Assembly (NCBI GenBank): GCA_946557105.1
Contig: CAMNSZ010000011.1
Coordinates: 17,468-81,467 of the forward strand
From: an uncultured Lachnospiraceae bacterium
GTDB taxonomy: Bacteria; Bacillota; Clostridia; Lachnospirales; Lachnospiraceae
DNA length: 64,000 bases
Direction: 5' to 3'
The notes below the pieces were generated by a model that made no database searches, had not been told where the DNA came from, and saw only the letters and a list, made by a program, of their open reading frames with translations. Each line of letters begins with the position of its first letter. Positions within the stretch are counted from its first letter, which is position 1. Shown here piece by piece: positions 1-9,274 of this stretch. The translations under genes and the position numbers were made by a program.

Positions 1-53
1 CGGATGTAACCGTGCGAGGGAATGATATTTCGATAACGATGCACAAGGATTAA
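1..53 (+). CDS. Possible 3' end of a CDS truncated by the window edge (DVTVRGNDISITMHKD*)
   Basis: Open frame from base 3 to TAA at 51-53, followed by AT-rich intergenic DNA; too short to identify. Confidence 0.3.
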   Translation, partial: DVTVRGNDISITMHKD

Positions 54-144
54 TAGCTGCATAACTGCTAAGCGGTGATTTACCCGATGATTTCCTTATG
101 AACAAAAGATAATGAAAGTTGTACAAAAAAATACAAAAATTTAC

Positions 145-173
145 TTGCCAAGTGATTCTGTCTATGATAAAAT
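145..173 (+). promoter_or_regulatory. Sigma-A-type promoter for the tRNA gene
   Basis: TTGCCA (145-150), 17-bp spacer, TAAAAT (168-173) with the TGn extension, about 28 bp upstream of the mature tRNA. Confidence 0.65.
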
Positions 174-201
174 AAGTTTTGTTGTGAGACGGTTCACAAA
201 T

Positions 202-284
202 GCCGGCGTGTCGGAATGGCAGACGAGGCAGACTCAAAATCTGTTGTGGGCAACCACGTGCGGGTTCAAGTCCCGCTGCCGGCA
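202..284 (+). tRNA. tRNA-Leu, anticodon CAA (reads UUG); CCA end not encoded
   Basis: Cloverleaf: acceptor stem GCCGGCG/TGCCGGC, D-loop GGAATGGCAGAC, anticodon stem GCAGA/TCTGT with loop CTCAAAA, long variable arm, T-loop GGTTCAAGTCC, discriminator A. Confidence 0.97.
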
Positions 285-296
285 TTATCATTGAGT

Positions 297-329
297 AGAG
301 GAATACGAAAGAGTATTTCTCTTTTTTTT
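297..329 (+). terminator. Intrinsic terminator after tRNA-Leu
   Basis: AGAGGAATAC/GTATTTCTCT 10-bp stem with a GAAAGA loop, followed by a T7 tract. Confidence 0.8.
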
Positions 330-456
330 CCATATAGGAATTTCGTCTTTGCAGGGAAAGAATGCGGAGCAATCTTTGAAGTGCTGTTTACGGCACTTTT
401 TTGTTTCATGAATTAGCATATTGTTTTTGCGTAAAGATTAGGGAACGGAGATTTTC

Positions 457-1374
457 ATGAAAAAAATTCTTAAAATTATATTGGCTTTGATGCTTGGGGG
501 CACAGTGTTATTGTTTTCGTGTAAAGAGGATACCCGGCTTGATACGTCCGAAGGAAGCCAAGTTAACGGGGAAGAGGTTGGGTGGACAATAACGCAATAC
601 AGTGATATTTCCGGAAGTCAGGCTGTTTTTTATACGATAATGAGCGATAAAGGGGCGGTGATTGTAGTTGACGGCGGAACCAAAAACAACGCGGAATATG
701 TCAAACAAATTCTTACGGAATATGGCGGACATGTAGACGCATGGATTCTGACGCATCCTCATCCGGATCATATCGGAGCGTTTAACAGTATTATGACAGA
801 AGGTGAAATATCAGTAGATGCCATTTACGATAACGGCTTGGACTATGAGTATTATTCCAGCGTGGCAAGGGAATGGGACTGCATTTTTGCATATGAGCAA
901 TATCTGGAGCTGACGTCGGAATGGCCGGAGGTGCATAGCCTGCAGATCGGCGACGAGGTTACGTTTGAAAATTTAAAGATAACTATAATCAACACCTATT
1001 ATCCGGGGATAGAACACATTACAGGTGATGTTCCGAATAACAGCTCTCTAGCGTTTACGGTAACTACAAAAAACAGAAAAATGCTTTTTGTGGGAGATTG
1101 TCATGGAGAAGAAATTGCGGATAAATGGCTTTCCGATTATGGTGAGCTGCTGAAGTGTGATTATGCCCAGATGGGGCATCACGGAAATAATTCGCTTCCG
1201 GTTTCTTTTTATGAGCACGTAAAACCGCAGGCTGTTTTTTTCGATGCGCCAGACTGGCTTATCGAGGGAAAAAAATACGATACAAAAGCAAATATGAAAG
1301 CAATAAAGCAAATAGCGGAGACATTATTCGATTTTAGAACATGTCCGAATCAGGTAGAGTTATCCGGGAAATAG
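457..1374 (+). CDS. Metallo-beta-lactamase-fold (ComEC/Rec2-like) hydrolase, predicted lipoprotein
   Basis: Basic N-terminus, hydrophobic core and lipobox-like LLFSC; motifs VVDGG, THPHPDH (HxHxDH), VGD and GHHG. Confidence 0.85.
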   Translation: MKKILKIILALMLGGTVLLFSCKEDTRLDTSEGSQVNGEEVGWTITQYSDISGSQAVFYTIMSDKGAVIVVDGGTKNNAEYVKQILTEYGGHVDAWILTHPHPDHIGAFNSIMTEGEISVDAIYDNGLDYEYYSSVAREWDCIFAYEQYLELTSEWPEVHSLQIGDEVTFENLKITIINTYYPGIEHITGDVPNNSSLAFTVTTKNRKMLFVGDCHGEEIADKWLSDYGELLKCDYAQMGHHGNNSLPVSFYEHVKPQAVFFDAPDWLIEGKKYDTKANMKAIKQIAETLFDFRTCPNQVELSGK

Positions 1375-1377
1375 TAA

Positions 1378-1418
1378 AAATAAGGCCTTATGAGCGGTAT
1401 GCGCATAGGACCTTATTT
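1378..1418 (+). terminator. Probable terminator hairpin
   Basis: AAATAAGG...CCTTATTT with inner CTTATG/CATAGG pairing, immediately after the stop codon. Confidence 0.55.
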
Positions 1419-1549
1419 CTCCTTGTGAAATCTGTATTTGGGAGTTTGGTTTTGTTGTTGCCGACCCAAAAATAATCCGGTGGTTTTTTAAGCGGAAAAA
1501 TGATATATTAATGATGAATATATTATACTCAAAAAGAAGAGGCGATATT

Positions 1550-2023
1550 ATGAATAATGTTAGGAGAGCGACAAAAAAGGACATACCTGCAGTCATGGAG
1601 CTTTTGGTACAGGTGAATATGGTACATCATAAAGGCAGGCCGGATTTATTTAACGGACCGGCAACAAAATATACAAAGGAGCAGTTAAGTGAGATTTTCA
1701 AGGACGATGGCAGGCCGGTATTTGTGTGTGTAGATGATAAGGACAGGGTTCAAGGCTATGCTTTTTGCGTCCTGAACCAATATATAAACGATAATATGAT
1801 GACGGATATAAAAACTCTGTACATTGACGATTTATGTGTGGATGAAGATATGCGCGGCAAGCACATCGGAAGGACCTTATATGAGCATGTTCTCGCATAT
1901 GCGAGCTCTATAGGCTGTTATAATGTGACCTTAAATGTCTGGACGCTGAATGAAAGCGCAATGAAATTTTATGAAAAATGCGGGCTTAAGCCACAAAAAA
2001 TCGGAATGGAAAAAATATTATAG
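1550..2023 (+). CDS. GNAT family N-acetyltransferase
   Basis: Motif A LCVDEDMRGKHIGRTL and C-terminal NESAMKFYEKCG; start moved to ATG 1550 after the AAGAGG RBS. Confidence 0.9.
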   Translation: MNNVRRATKKDIPAVMELLVQVNMVHHKGRPDLFNGPATKYTKEQLSEIFKDDGRPVFVCVDDKDRVQGYAFCVLNQYINDNMMTDIKTLYIDDLCVDEDMRGKHIGRTLYEHVLAYASSIGCYNVTLNVWTLNESAMKFYEKCGLKPQKIGMEKIL

Positions 2024-2115
2024 CCATTTGCCCCAATATGTTGTATAGTAAATATGTATGTGTATGAATTGATATCAAGATACTGCGTATATATGGACCG
2101 GATTAAGGTGACGAT

Positions 2116-2436
2116 ATGAATTGTAAAGAATTTGAGAAGAAAATTCCGGATTTTGTGAATCAGACTATGGATTTTCCTGCATTGAAGGAATTCAGCAGGC
2201 ATATGGAGCATTGCGAAAACTGTAAGGAGGAGCTGGTTATTCAGTTTTTGGTGACTGAGGGTATACAGCGGCTGGAGGAGGGAGACGCTTTCGACCTGCA
2301 AAAGGAGCTGGAGGAGAGACTTGAGGCGGCAAAGCATAGGATTAAGCTTCATTCCGGCGTGATGCGGGTTGGGATAGTATTGGAGATCATGGTAGCGCTG
2401 GCCCTTTTGGGGATTGTAATTTGGCTGGTGCTGTAG
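2116..2436 (+). CDS. zf-HC2 (anti-sigma-type zinc finger) protein with one C-terminal membrane helix
   Basis: Cys3 plus HMEHCENC (HxxxCxxC); hydrophobic C-terminus VGIVLEIMVALALLGIVIWLVL. Confidence 0.8.
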   Translation: MNCKEFEKKIPDFVNQTMDFPALKEFSRHMEHCENCKEELVIQFLVTEGIQRLEEGDAFDLQKELEERLEAAKHRIKLHSGVMRVGIVLEIMVALALLGIVIWLVL

Positions 2437-2448
2437 AAACGAGGGAGT

Positions 2449-5121
2449 ATGGATGGCAAATTAGTATTGATAGACGGGCATAGCATATTAAACAGAGCAT
2501 TTTACGGAGTGCCGGATTTAAGCAATGTAAAGGGGCTACACACCAATGCCGTATATGGCTTTTTAAATATTATGTTTAAGATTCTTGAGGAGGAAAAGCC
2601 GGATTATCTGGCGGTTGCGTTTGACGCTCATGCAAAGACCTTTCGCCATGAGATGTATGAAGCCTACAAAGGAACGCGTAAGCCCATGCCGGAGGAGCTT
2701 AGGGAACAGGTGCCGGTTATAAAAGAGGTCTTGAAGGCAATGCAGGTGGTGATAATAGAGCAGGCAGGCCTAGAGGCTGACGATATTTTGGGCACATTGG
2801 CAAAGAAGGCGGAGAAATCCGGTATGGAGGTTGCCTTGGTGTCCGGCGACCGTGACCTTCTTCAGATTGCCAGCAGCCGTATTAAAATCCGTATTCCTAA
2901 GACAAAGCAGGGAAGAACGGAGATAGAGGATTATTATGAGGACGACGTGAAGGCGGCATATCAGGTGACGCCCACACAGTTTATAGAGCTAAAGGCACTG
3001 ATGGGAGATACGGCGGACAATATTCCCGGAGTTCCCAAGGTGGGGGAGAAGACGGCAACCGCCCTTATGGTGGAATACGGCTCTTTGGAAAATATCTATG
3101 CCCATGTGGAGGAGATTTCCAAGAAAAGTATAAGAGAGGCGTTGATAGAGAATAAGGATTTAGCGGATTTAAGCAAGCTCCTTGCCACCATTAAGACGGA
3201 TTGCGGCGTAGAGCTTGATTACGAGGCGGCCAAGGCGCAGGATTATTATACCCCGGAGGCATATGCACTGTTTAAGGAATTAGAATTTAAGCAGCTTTTA
3301 AGCCGGTTTGACAAGGAACAGACAATGGAGGAAAATCCGGTGGAGAAGAGCTTTCACAACTTGCGGACGAAGGAGGAGTGTCTTGCCGTTCTGCAAAAGG
3401 CACAGGGGCTTGACCATGTAGGGATATTGCTTGTGAGGGAGGCAGGGAGGCTTTTTGCCGTTGCGGTCTCTTTGTCGGAGGAGGAGACGTATTTTTATGC
3501 CCTTCCTTTTGGAGGAGACGGGCAGATATCTCTTTTTGCCGAGACTTCACAGGAGTCGGAGCTTAAGACGGCGATTTTGGAGTTGTCGGTGAGAACTAAG
3601 CTATCTACCTTTGACATAAAGAGGCAGTATGACTATTTGTCTTTGGAGGATACGGAAAATTACTTTGATGTCCTTATCGGGGCATATTTGTTGAATCCCT
3701 TGAAAAGTGATTATGATTTGGAGGCGATTGCATCCGAGCATTTGGGAATGATGATTCCGGGAGCGGCTCAGGTGCTGGGAAAATTGACGCCCTCGCAGGC
3801 ATTTGTACAAAGGCCCAAGGAGGTAGCGGATTATTACTGCTATGGCGCTTATGTGGCAGGAAGGGCCAGAGCCGTACTTGTAGGGAAGCTGAAGGATGCC
3901 GGCATGGACAGACTGATGCGGGAGATAGAGATGCCGTTGTCTCTGGTGCTCTACGATATGGAGAGGGAGGGCGTGGCTGTCCGCAGGGAAGAATTAAAAG
4001 CTTACGGAGACGCGCTGATTGCACGGATTGAGGAGCTTGAGGCTTCCATTCATGAGCAGGCGGGAGTTTCCTTTAATATACAATCTCCCAAGCAACTGGG
4101 GGAGGTCCTTTTTGAAAAAATGAAGCTGCCGGGCGGAAAGAAGACGAAGACGGGCTATTCCACGGCGGCGGAAGTGCTGGAAAAGCTTTCCGGAGATTAT
4201 CCCATTGTAAAGGATATTTTGGAATACAGAGGTCTTACCAAGCTAAAATCCACTTATGCCGACGGACTGGCAAACTATATAGGGGAGGATAACCGCATTC
4301 ACACCAGCTTTAACCAGACCATCACGGCTACCGGACGAATCAGCTCCACAGAGCCTAATTTACAGAATATACCCATGAGAATGGAGCTGGGCAGGAGAAT
4401 ACGAAAGGTGTTTGTGCCAGAGGAAGGGCGTAAATTTATGGATGCGGATTATTCCCAGATTGAGCTTAGGGTGTTGGCGCATATGTCGGGGGACGGGCAG
4501 CTGATTGAAGCGTACCATATGGATCAGGATATTCATAGAATTACGGCGGCGAAGGTCTTCCACACTCCCTTTGAGGAGGTTACGGACTTGCAGAGGCGCA
4601 ATGCAAAGGCGGTGAATTTTGGTATTGTATACGGCATAAGCTCCTTTGGCTTAAGTCAGGATCTGAGCATAAGTCCTAAGGAGGCGGCAAAGTATATAGA
4701 ACAGTATTTTGCCACCTATCCCAAGGTGAAGGAATTTTTGAATTCCTTGGTGTCCGAGGCAAAGGAAAAGGGCTATGTGACCACCATGTTTGGCAGGAGG
4801 CGTCCGGTTCCGGAGTTATCCTCTTCAAACTTCATGCAGCGTTCCTTCGGTGAACGTGTGGCGATGAATTCTCCTATTCAGGGAACCGCGGCGGATATTA
4901 TAAAGATAGCGATGATTAAGGTATGGAAAGCGCTTAGGGACAATGCGCTGCGCTCCAAGCTGATTTTGCAGGTGCATGACGAGCTTTTGATTGAAACGTG
5001 GAAGGGCGAGGAGGAACAGGTTCGTAAAATCCTCGAGGATAATATGAAGTCTGCGGCGCGGCTTTTAGTGACCTTGGAGGTGGATTTACACACGGGAGAG
5101 AACTGGTACGAGGCGAAATAG
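2449..5121 (+). CDS. polA: DNA polymerase I
   Basis: 5'-3' exonuclease N-terminus (LIDGHS, EADD); polymerase motifs DYSQIELR, RRNAKAVNFGIVYG and LQVHDEL. Confidence 0.99.
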   Translation: MDGKLVLIDGHSILNRAFYGVPDLSNVKGLHTNAVYGFLNIMFKILEEEKPDYLAVAFDAHAKTFRHEMYEAYKGTRKPMPEELREQVPVIKEVLKAMQVVIIEQAGLEADDILGTLAKKAEKSGMEVALVSGDRDLLQIASSRIKIRIPKTKQGRTEIEDYYEDDVKAAYQVTPTQFIELKALMGDTADNIPGVPKVGEKTATALMVEYGSLENIYAHVEEISKKSIREALIENKDLADLSKLLATIKTDCGVELDYEAAKAQDYYTPEAYALFKELEFKQLLSRFDKEQTMEENPVEKSFHNLRTKEECLAVLQKAQGLDHVGILLVREAGRLFAVAVSLSEEETYFYALPFGGDGQISLFAETSQESELKTAILELSVRTKLSTFDIKRQYDYLSLEDTENYFDVLIGAYLLNPLKSDYDLEAIASEHLGMMIPGAAQVLGKLTPSQAFVQRPKEVADYYCYGAYVAGRARAVLVGKLKDAGMDRLMREIEMPLSLVLYDMEREGVAVRREELKAYGDALIARIEELEASIHEQAGVSFNIQSPKQLGEVLFEKMKLPGGKKTKTGYSTAAEVLEKLSGDYPIVKDILEYRGLTKLKSTYADGLANYIGEDNRIHTSFNQTITATGRISSTEPNLQNIPMRMELGRRIRKVFVPEEGRKFMDADYSQIELRVLAHMSGDGQLIEAYHMDQDIHRITAAKVFHTPFEEVTDLQRRNAKAVNFGIVYGISSFGLSQDLSISPKEAAKYIEQYFATYPKVKEFLNSLVSEAKEKGYVTTMFGRRRPVPELSSSNFMQRSFGERVAMNSPIQGTAADIIKIAMIKVWKALRDNALRSKLILQVHDELLIETWKGEEEQVRKILEDNMKSAARLLVTLEVDLHTGENWYEAK

Positions 5122-5189
5122 GCTGCAAGATATGCAAAGAAGGCGTATTTTAATTACAATTTCTACCGCTGCGGCGTTGGAGGATTTGT

Positions 5190-5795
5190 ATGCGTTTTAT
5201 TGGAATTACAGGCGGTGTGGGCGCGGGAAAAACTGAAATCTTGAAATATATTAAACGACATTATAAATGTGAAATTCATTTGGCGGACGAGACGGCACAT
5301 CAGGTAAAAAGGGCGGGAACGGAGTGCTTTTCAAGGCTGGTGGAGCTGCTTGGCGGGGAAATTGTGGGAGCCGACGGAGAAATAGACAAGGCGGCAATGG
5401 CGGATAAGATTTTTGCCGATCCCAAATTACTGGATAAGGTGAATGCAATTGTACATCCGGCAGTGCGGGAGTATTTGCTTGATAAGCTTGGACAGGCAAG
5501 GGAGAATCCGGAGCTGGAGCTGTTCTTTGTGGAAGCTGCATTATTGATTGAGGCGGGGTACCGGGAACTTGTGGATGAAATGTGGTATATCTATGCCGAT
5601 GAATCGGTTCGCAGGAGGAGGCTTAAAAGTGCCAGAGGCTATGGGAACGAGAAGATTACCCGCATTATGGGCAGTCAGCTTACGGAGGAAGAATTTCGCA
5701 GGGCAAGCGATTTTGTAATAGATAACAGCGGGGCGTTAGAGGACAGCTATCGCCAAATCAATAAGAAACTGGAGGCTTTTACATGGCAGGAGTAA
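5190..5795 (+). CDS. coaE: Dephospho-CoA kinase
   Basis: IGITGGVGAGKT P-loop, IVHPAV, VIDNSG; canonical position after polA. Confidence 0.95.
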   Translation: MRFIGITGGVGAGKTEILKYIKRHYKCEIHLADETAHQVKRAGTECFSRLVELLGGEIVGADGEIDKAAMADKIFADPKLLDKVNAIVHPAVREYLLDKLGQARENPELELFFVEAALLIEAGYRELVDEMWYIYADESVRRRRLKSARGYGNEKITRIMGSQLTEEEFRRASDFVIDNSGALEDSYRQINKKLEAFTWQE

Positions 5796-7933
5796 GAGAA
5801 AGACAGGGGCAGCTGGTATTTGGTCTTGATATCGGAACAAGAAGTATCGTGGGAACCGTGGGCTATTTGGACGGAGGCAGCTTTCATGTTCTGGCGCAGA
5901 GATCCAGAGAGCATGAGACGAGAGCTATGCTTGACGGTCAGATACATGACATAGGAAAGGTCGGAGAGACGATAGCCAAAGTAAGGAGCGGTTTGGAGGA
6001 GGATCTAAACCGCAGTCTGACGGAGGTGTGTATAGCTGCGGCAGGTCGTGTGCTTCGCACGGTCACAACCTATGTTGAATTAAACTTCGAGACTGACAGG
6101 GAAATTACGGAGGAGGATATTTATTCTCTTTCTACCATGGGTGTGGAAAAGGCTTACGAGGAATTTCAAGGAGGAGGCGATTCCGAAATGAAATTCTATT
6201 GTGTGGGGTATACGCCTATGCGTTACTATATGAACGGATATCAGATTGGTAATTTAGAGGGCCATAAGGCGAAAAATATTGCCATAGACCTGATTGCCAC
6301 CTTCCTGCCGGATGACGTGGTGGACGGGCTGTATAAGGCTGTAGAGCTTGCCGGGCTTAAGGTGGCGAACCTGACTTTGGAGCCTATTGCCGCAATTCAG
6401 GTGGCTATTCCGGAGAAATACCGCATGTTGAATATGGCGCTTGTGGATGTGGGCGCCGGAACAAGCGATATTTGTATAACCAAGGAGGGAACCATCACAG
6501 CATACGGGATGATTCCAGTGGCGGGAGACAGTCTTACGGATATTTTGGTACAGCATTGTCTGGTAGACTTTGAAACGGCGGAACAGATTAAAAGAGGGGC
6601 CGGATGTAAGGAAATCATTGAGTATGTGGATATTATGGGGCTGCCTCAGACAATCAGCGCCAAGGAAGTGCTTTCTCTGCTTGGTCCGTCCGTGGAGAAG
6701 ATGACGAAGATGGTGGCGGACGGGATTAGGGAGCTGAACGGTGAAAAACCGGTTAGCGCTGTCTTCGTGGTTGGCGGAGGCGGCATGATACCGGGTTATA
6801 CGGAGAGTCTTGCGGCGGAACTTGGCATTGTAAAGGAACGTGTTGCAATCAGGGGGCAGGAGGTTATGCAGAATATCAGCTTCGAGCTGGAGGATGCCCG
6901 CAGGGATTCCATGATGGTGACTCCTATCGGTATTTGCCTGAGCTATTACGAGCAAAGTAATAACTTTATATTTATGGAATTTAACGGCGTCAGGATAAAG
7001 CTGTACGATAACGGAAAGCTCACGGTGGCGGATGCGGCGATGCAGTCACAATTTCCGAATGATGATTTATTCCCTAAGAGAGGGGAGGCGCTGACCTTTA
7101 ACGTAAACGGTAAGAACCGAATTGTGAGAGGATATCTGGGAGAAGCTGCAGTGGTGAAGGTAAACGACGTATCTGCGGATATGTACACACAGGTATATAA
7201 CGGAAGTAGAATCGAGGTGACGGCATCGACGGCGGGAGAAGCGGCGTCCATGGAGCTCGGAAAGCTTCCGGAGCTTTCGGAACAGCTACATATTTTTGTA
7301 AACGGCGTGAAAATTAATCTGCCAAAGACTGCGACGGTGAATGGCGGCAGGGAAAATGAATTTTATATGATAAAAGAAGACGACGACATTCAAATCCACA
7401 ATTTCTATTCGGTGGAGGAGGTGGCGGGACTTCTTGACGTTCCCTTGGGAAATAGAATTATGGTAAACGATACCCCGGCAAAGGCGGATACGAAGGTCTA
7501 TGAGGCATTTACAATAAGCTGGAGTCTGGAGCAGGAACAAAAGGCGCAAGAAGGCGGGGAAGAGGAGGAGGACGAGAAGAGCGGCGATGCGGGAAGCTCC
7601 GCGAGTGAGGTAAGCGAGGCTGTTGAAAGCTCTGCCGGCGTGGCAAATGAAGACTCCGGAAAACCTGCCATACAAAGTGAGGAAATACAAGGGGCGGCTC
7701 CCAAAACGGAAAACGCAGAGATTATCGTTATTGTGAACAGGCAGGCGGTTACTCTTTCGGGTAAGAGCGCTTATGTATATGTGGATGTGTTTGATTATAT
7801 TGATTTTGATTTGACGAAATCGGCGGGCAGAACGATTGTCACTACGCTGAACGGTCGGCCGGCAGAGTATATGGAAGCCTTAAATGACGGCGATATCATA
7901 GAGATTTACTGGAAAGAGAGATTGAACAAATGA
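5783..7933 (+). CDS. FtsA/PilM-like actin-fold ATPase with a C-terminal region of putative ThiS/MoaD-like repeats
   Basis: LDIGT, LEPIAA, VDVGAGTSD and VVGGGG actin-family motifs in residues 1-390; about 320-aa tail with repeated (V/F/L)N(G/D)...I-E/Q-I units and an acidic linker. Confidence 0.85.
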   Translation: MAGVRERQGQLVFGLDIGTRSIVGTVGYLDGGSFHVLAQRSREHETRAMLDGQIHDIGKVGETIAKVRSGLEEDLNRSLTEVCIAAAGRVLRTVTTYVELNFETDREITEEDIYSLSTMGVEKAYEEFQGGGDSEMKFYCVGYTPMRYYMNGYQIGNLEGHKAKNIAIDLIATFLPDDVVDGLYKAVELAGLKVANLTLEPIAAIQVAIPEKYRMLNMALVDVGAGTSDICITKEGTITAYGMIPVAGDSLTDILVQHCLVDFETAEQIKRGAGCKEIIEYVDIMGLPQTISAKEVLSLLGPSVEKMTKMVADGIRELNGEKPVSAVFVVGGGGMIPGYTESLAAELGIVKERVAIRGQEVMQNISFELEDARRDSMMVTPIGICLSYYEQSNNFIFMEFNGVRIKLYDNGKLTVADAAMQSQFPNDDLFPKRGEALTFNVNGKNRIVRGYLGEAAVVKVNDVSADMYTQVYNGSRIEVTASTAGEAASMELGKLPELSEQLHIFVNGVKINLPKTATVNGGRENEFYMIKEDDDIQIHNFYSVEEVAGLLDVPLGNRIMVNDTPAKADTKVYEAFTISWSLEQEQKAQEGGEEEEDEKSGDAGSSASEVSEAVESSAGVANEDSGKPAIQSEEIQGAAPKTENAEIIVIVNRQAVTLSGKSAYVYVDVFDYIDFDLTKSAGRTIVTTLNGRPAEYMEALNDGDIIEIYWKERLNK

Positions 7934-8730
7934 GATTGTGTAGTATTGCTAGCGGAAGCAGCGGAAACTGCGTTTATGTGGGTTCCGGGGCAACGCACCT
8001 GCTTGTGGATATAGGTGTCAGCGGAAAGAGGACGGAGAGCGGTTTAAGCGATTTGGGTATAACGGCAGGGGATTTGGATGGTATCTTGATTACGCATGAG
8101 CATGCGGATCATATAAGCGGCTTGGGAGTAATAGCCCGTAAATATGGCGTTCCTATTTACGCCACTCCGGGAACCATAAAGGCAATCCGGGAATGCAGGA
8201 ATATCGGTGACATCGACGATGCGCTTTTTCATGAGGTGAGAGAGGACGTAAAGCTCGTCATAAAGGATTTGACTATAAATCCTATGCGTATTTCCCATGA
8301 TGCGGCGCAGCCGGTGGCGTATCGCATTGCATACGGCAATAAAAAAGTAGGTATATGTACGGATTTAGGCGTTTACAACGACTATACGGTAGAATGCCTG
8401 AAGGGGATGGATGCATTGCTTTTGGAAGCAAATCATGATGTGAATATGCTGCAGGTAGGTTCTTACCCTTATTATTTGAAGCAGCGTATTTTAGGCGATA
8501 AAGGGCATCTTTCCAATGAAAATTCGGGAAGGCTTTTGAGCAGGATTCTTCACGATAAGCTACAGACCATTGTTCTCGGGCATTTAAGCCATGAAAATAA
8601 TTTGCCGGAGCTTGCCTATGAGGCGGTACGGATGGAGATTACCTTAGGGGAAAATCCTTATAATGCCAATGATTTCCGCATGCTGGTCGCCTCGCGCAGT
8701 ACGCCCTCGCCCGTTATCAATATTGCATAG
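7930..8730 (+). CDS. MBL-fold metallo-hydrolase, YycJ/WalJ-like (putative nuclease/phosphodiesterase)
   Basis: SIASGSSGN, LVDIG, THEHADH, ISHD, EANHD, GHLSN and HLSHENN; ATGA overlap with the upstream gene. Confidence 0.9.
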   Translation: MRLCSIASGSSGNCVYVGSGATHLLVDIGVSGKRTESGLSDLGITAGDLDGILITHEHADHISGLGVIARKYGVPIYATPGTIKAIRECRNIGDIDDALFHEVREDVKLVIKDLTINPMRISHDAAQPVAYRIAYGNKKVGICTDLGVYNDYTVECLKGMDALLLEANHDVNMLQVGSYPYYLKQRILGDKGHLSNENSGRLLSRILHDKLQTIVLGHLSHENNLPELAYEAVRMEITLGENPYNANDFRMLVASRSTPSPVINIA

Positions 8731-8936
8731 AAAAAGAGAACGGCAGGAACAGGCTTAACCGTTATCTAAACAGAAGCTTGGACAGTAAAAGCTTGCAAAT
8801 TTTTTGGAATTGTAGTTAAATAAAATACAGCGTAGCCGTGTATCAGCCGTATACCTGTATATCGGTAATTTGACGGAAAAGCGCGTTTTCAAATATTGAA
8901 TGGATGTCCGCTTTTGGGGACAAGGGAGGTATGAAT

Positions 8937-9209
8937 ATGAAAAAGACAATTATTACGGTGGTGGGAAAGGATACCGTAGGTATTATTGCAAAGGTATGTA
9001 CTTATCTGGCAGAGAACGGAATTAATATATTGGATATTTCCCAGACTATAGTACAGGATTATTTTAATATGATGATGATTGTGGACACCAATAATACAGA
9101 AAAAACTTTTGGGGATATGTCCGACGAGCTTGTCGGGCTGGGAGAGCAGATTGGGGTTGTCATCAAATGTCAGAAGGAAGAAATTTTTGATAAGATGCAT
9201 CGTATATGA
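8937..9209 (+). CDS. ACT domain protein (UPF0237)
   Basis: ITVVGKDTVGIIAKV...NILDISQT ACT signature; GGAGG RBS 7 nt before ATG 8937; canonical partner of UPF0210. Confidence 0.9.
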   Translation: MKKTIITVVGKDTVGIIAKVCTYLAENGINILDISQTIVQDYFNMMMIVDTNNTEKTFGDMSDELVGLGEQIGVVIKCQKEEIFDKMHRI

Positions 9210-9274
9210 TTATATGAAAATATTTCTGCATATGCCGTCCGGGCAGGCGCTCGAACGGCGGAATGAGAGGAACT

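Noticed and set aside
112-416. ORF-track entries 112-294 and 216-416
   Set aside because: They overlap the tRNA gene with its promoter and terminator; not coding.
3340-3900. PolA middle domain lacks recognisable 3'-5' exonuclease catalytic motifs
   Set aside because: A vestigial proofreading domain is normal for Firmicute Pol I.
6254-6955. Long antisense ORFs (also 10073-10678, 22378-23046, 32253-32951, 50684-51340 and many shorter ones in the track)
   Set aside because: They lie wholly opposite well-supported genes and have no RBS or recognisable motifs; these are typical shadow frames.
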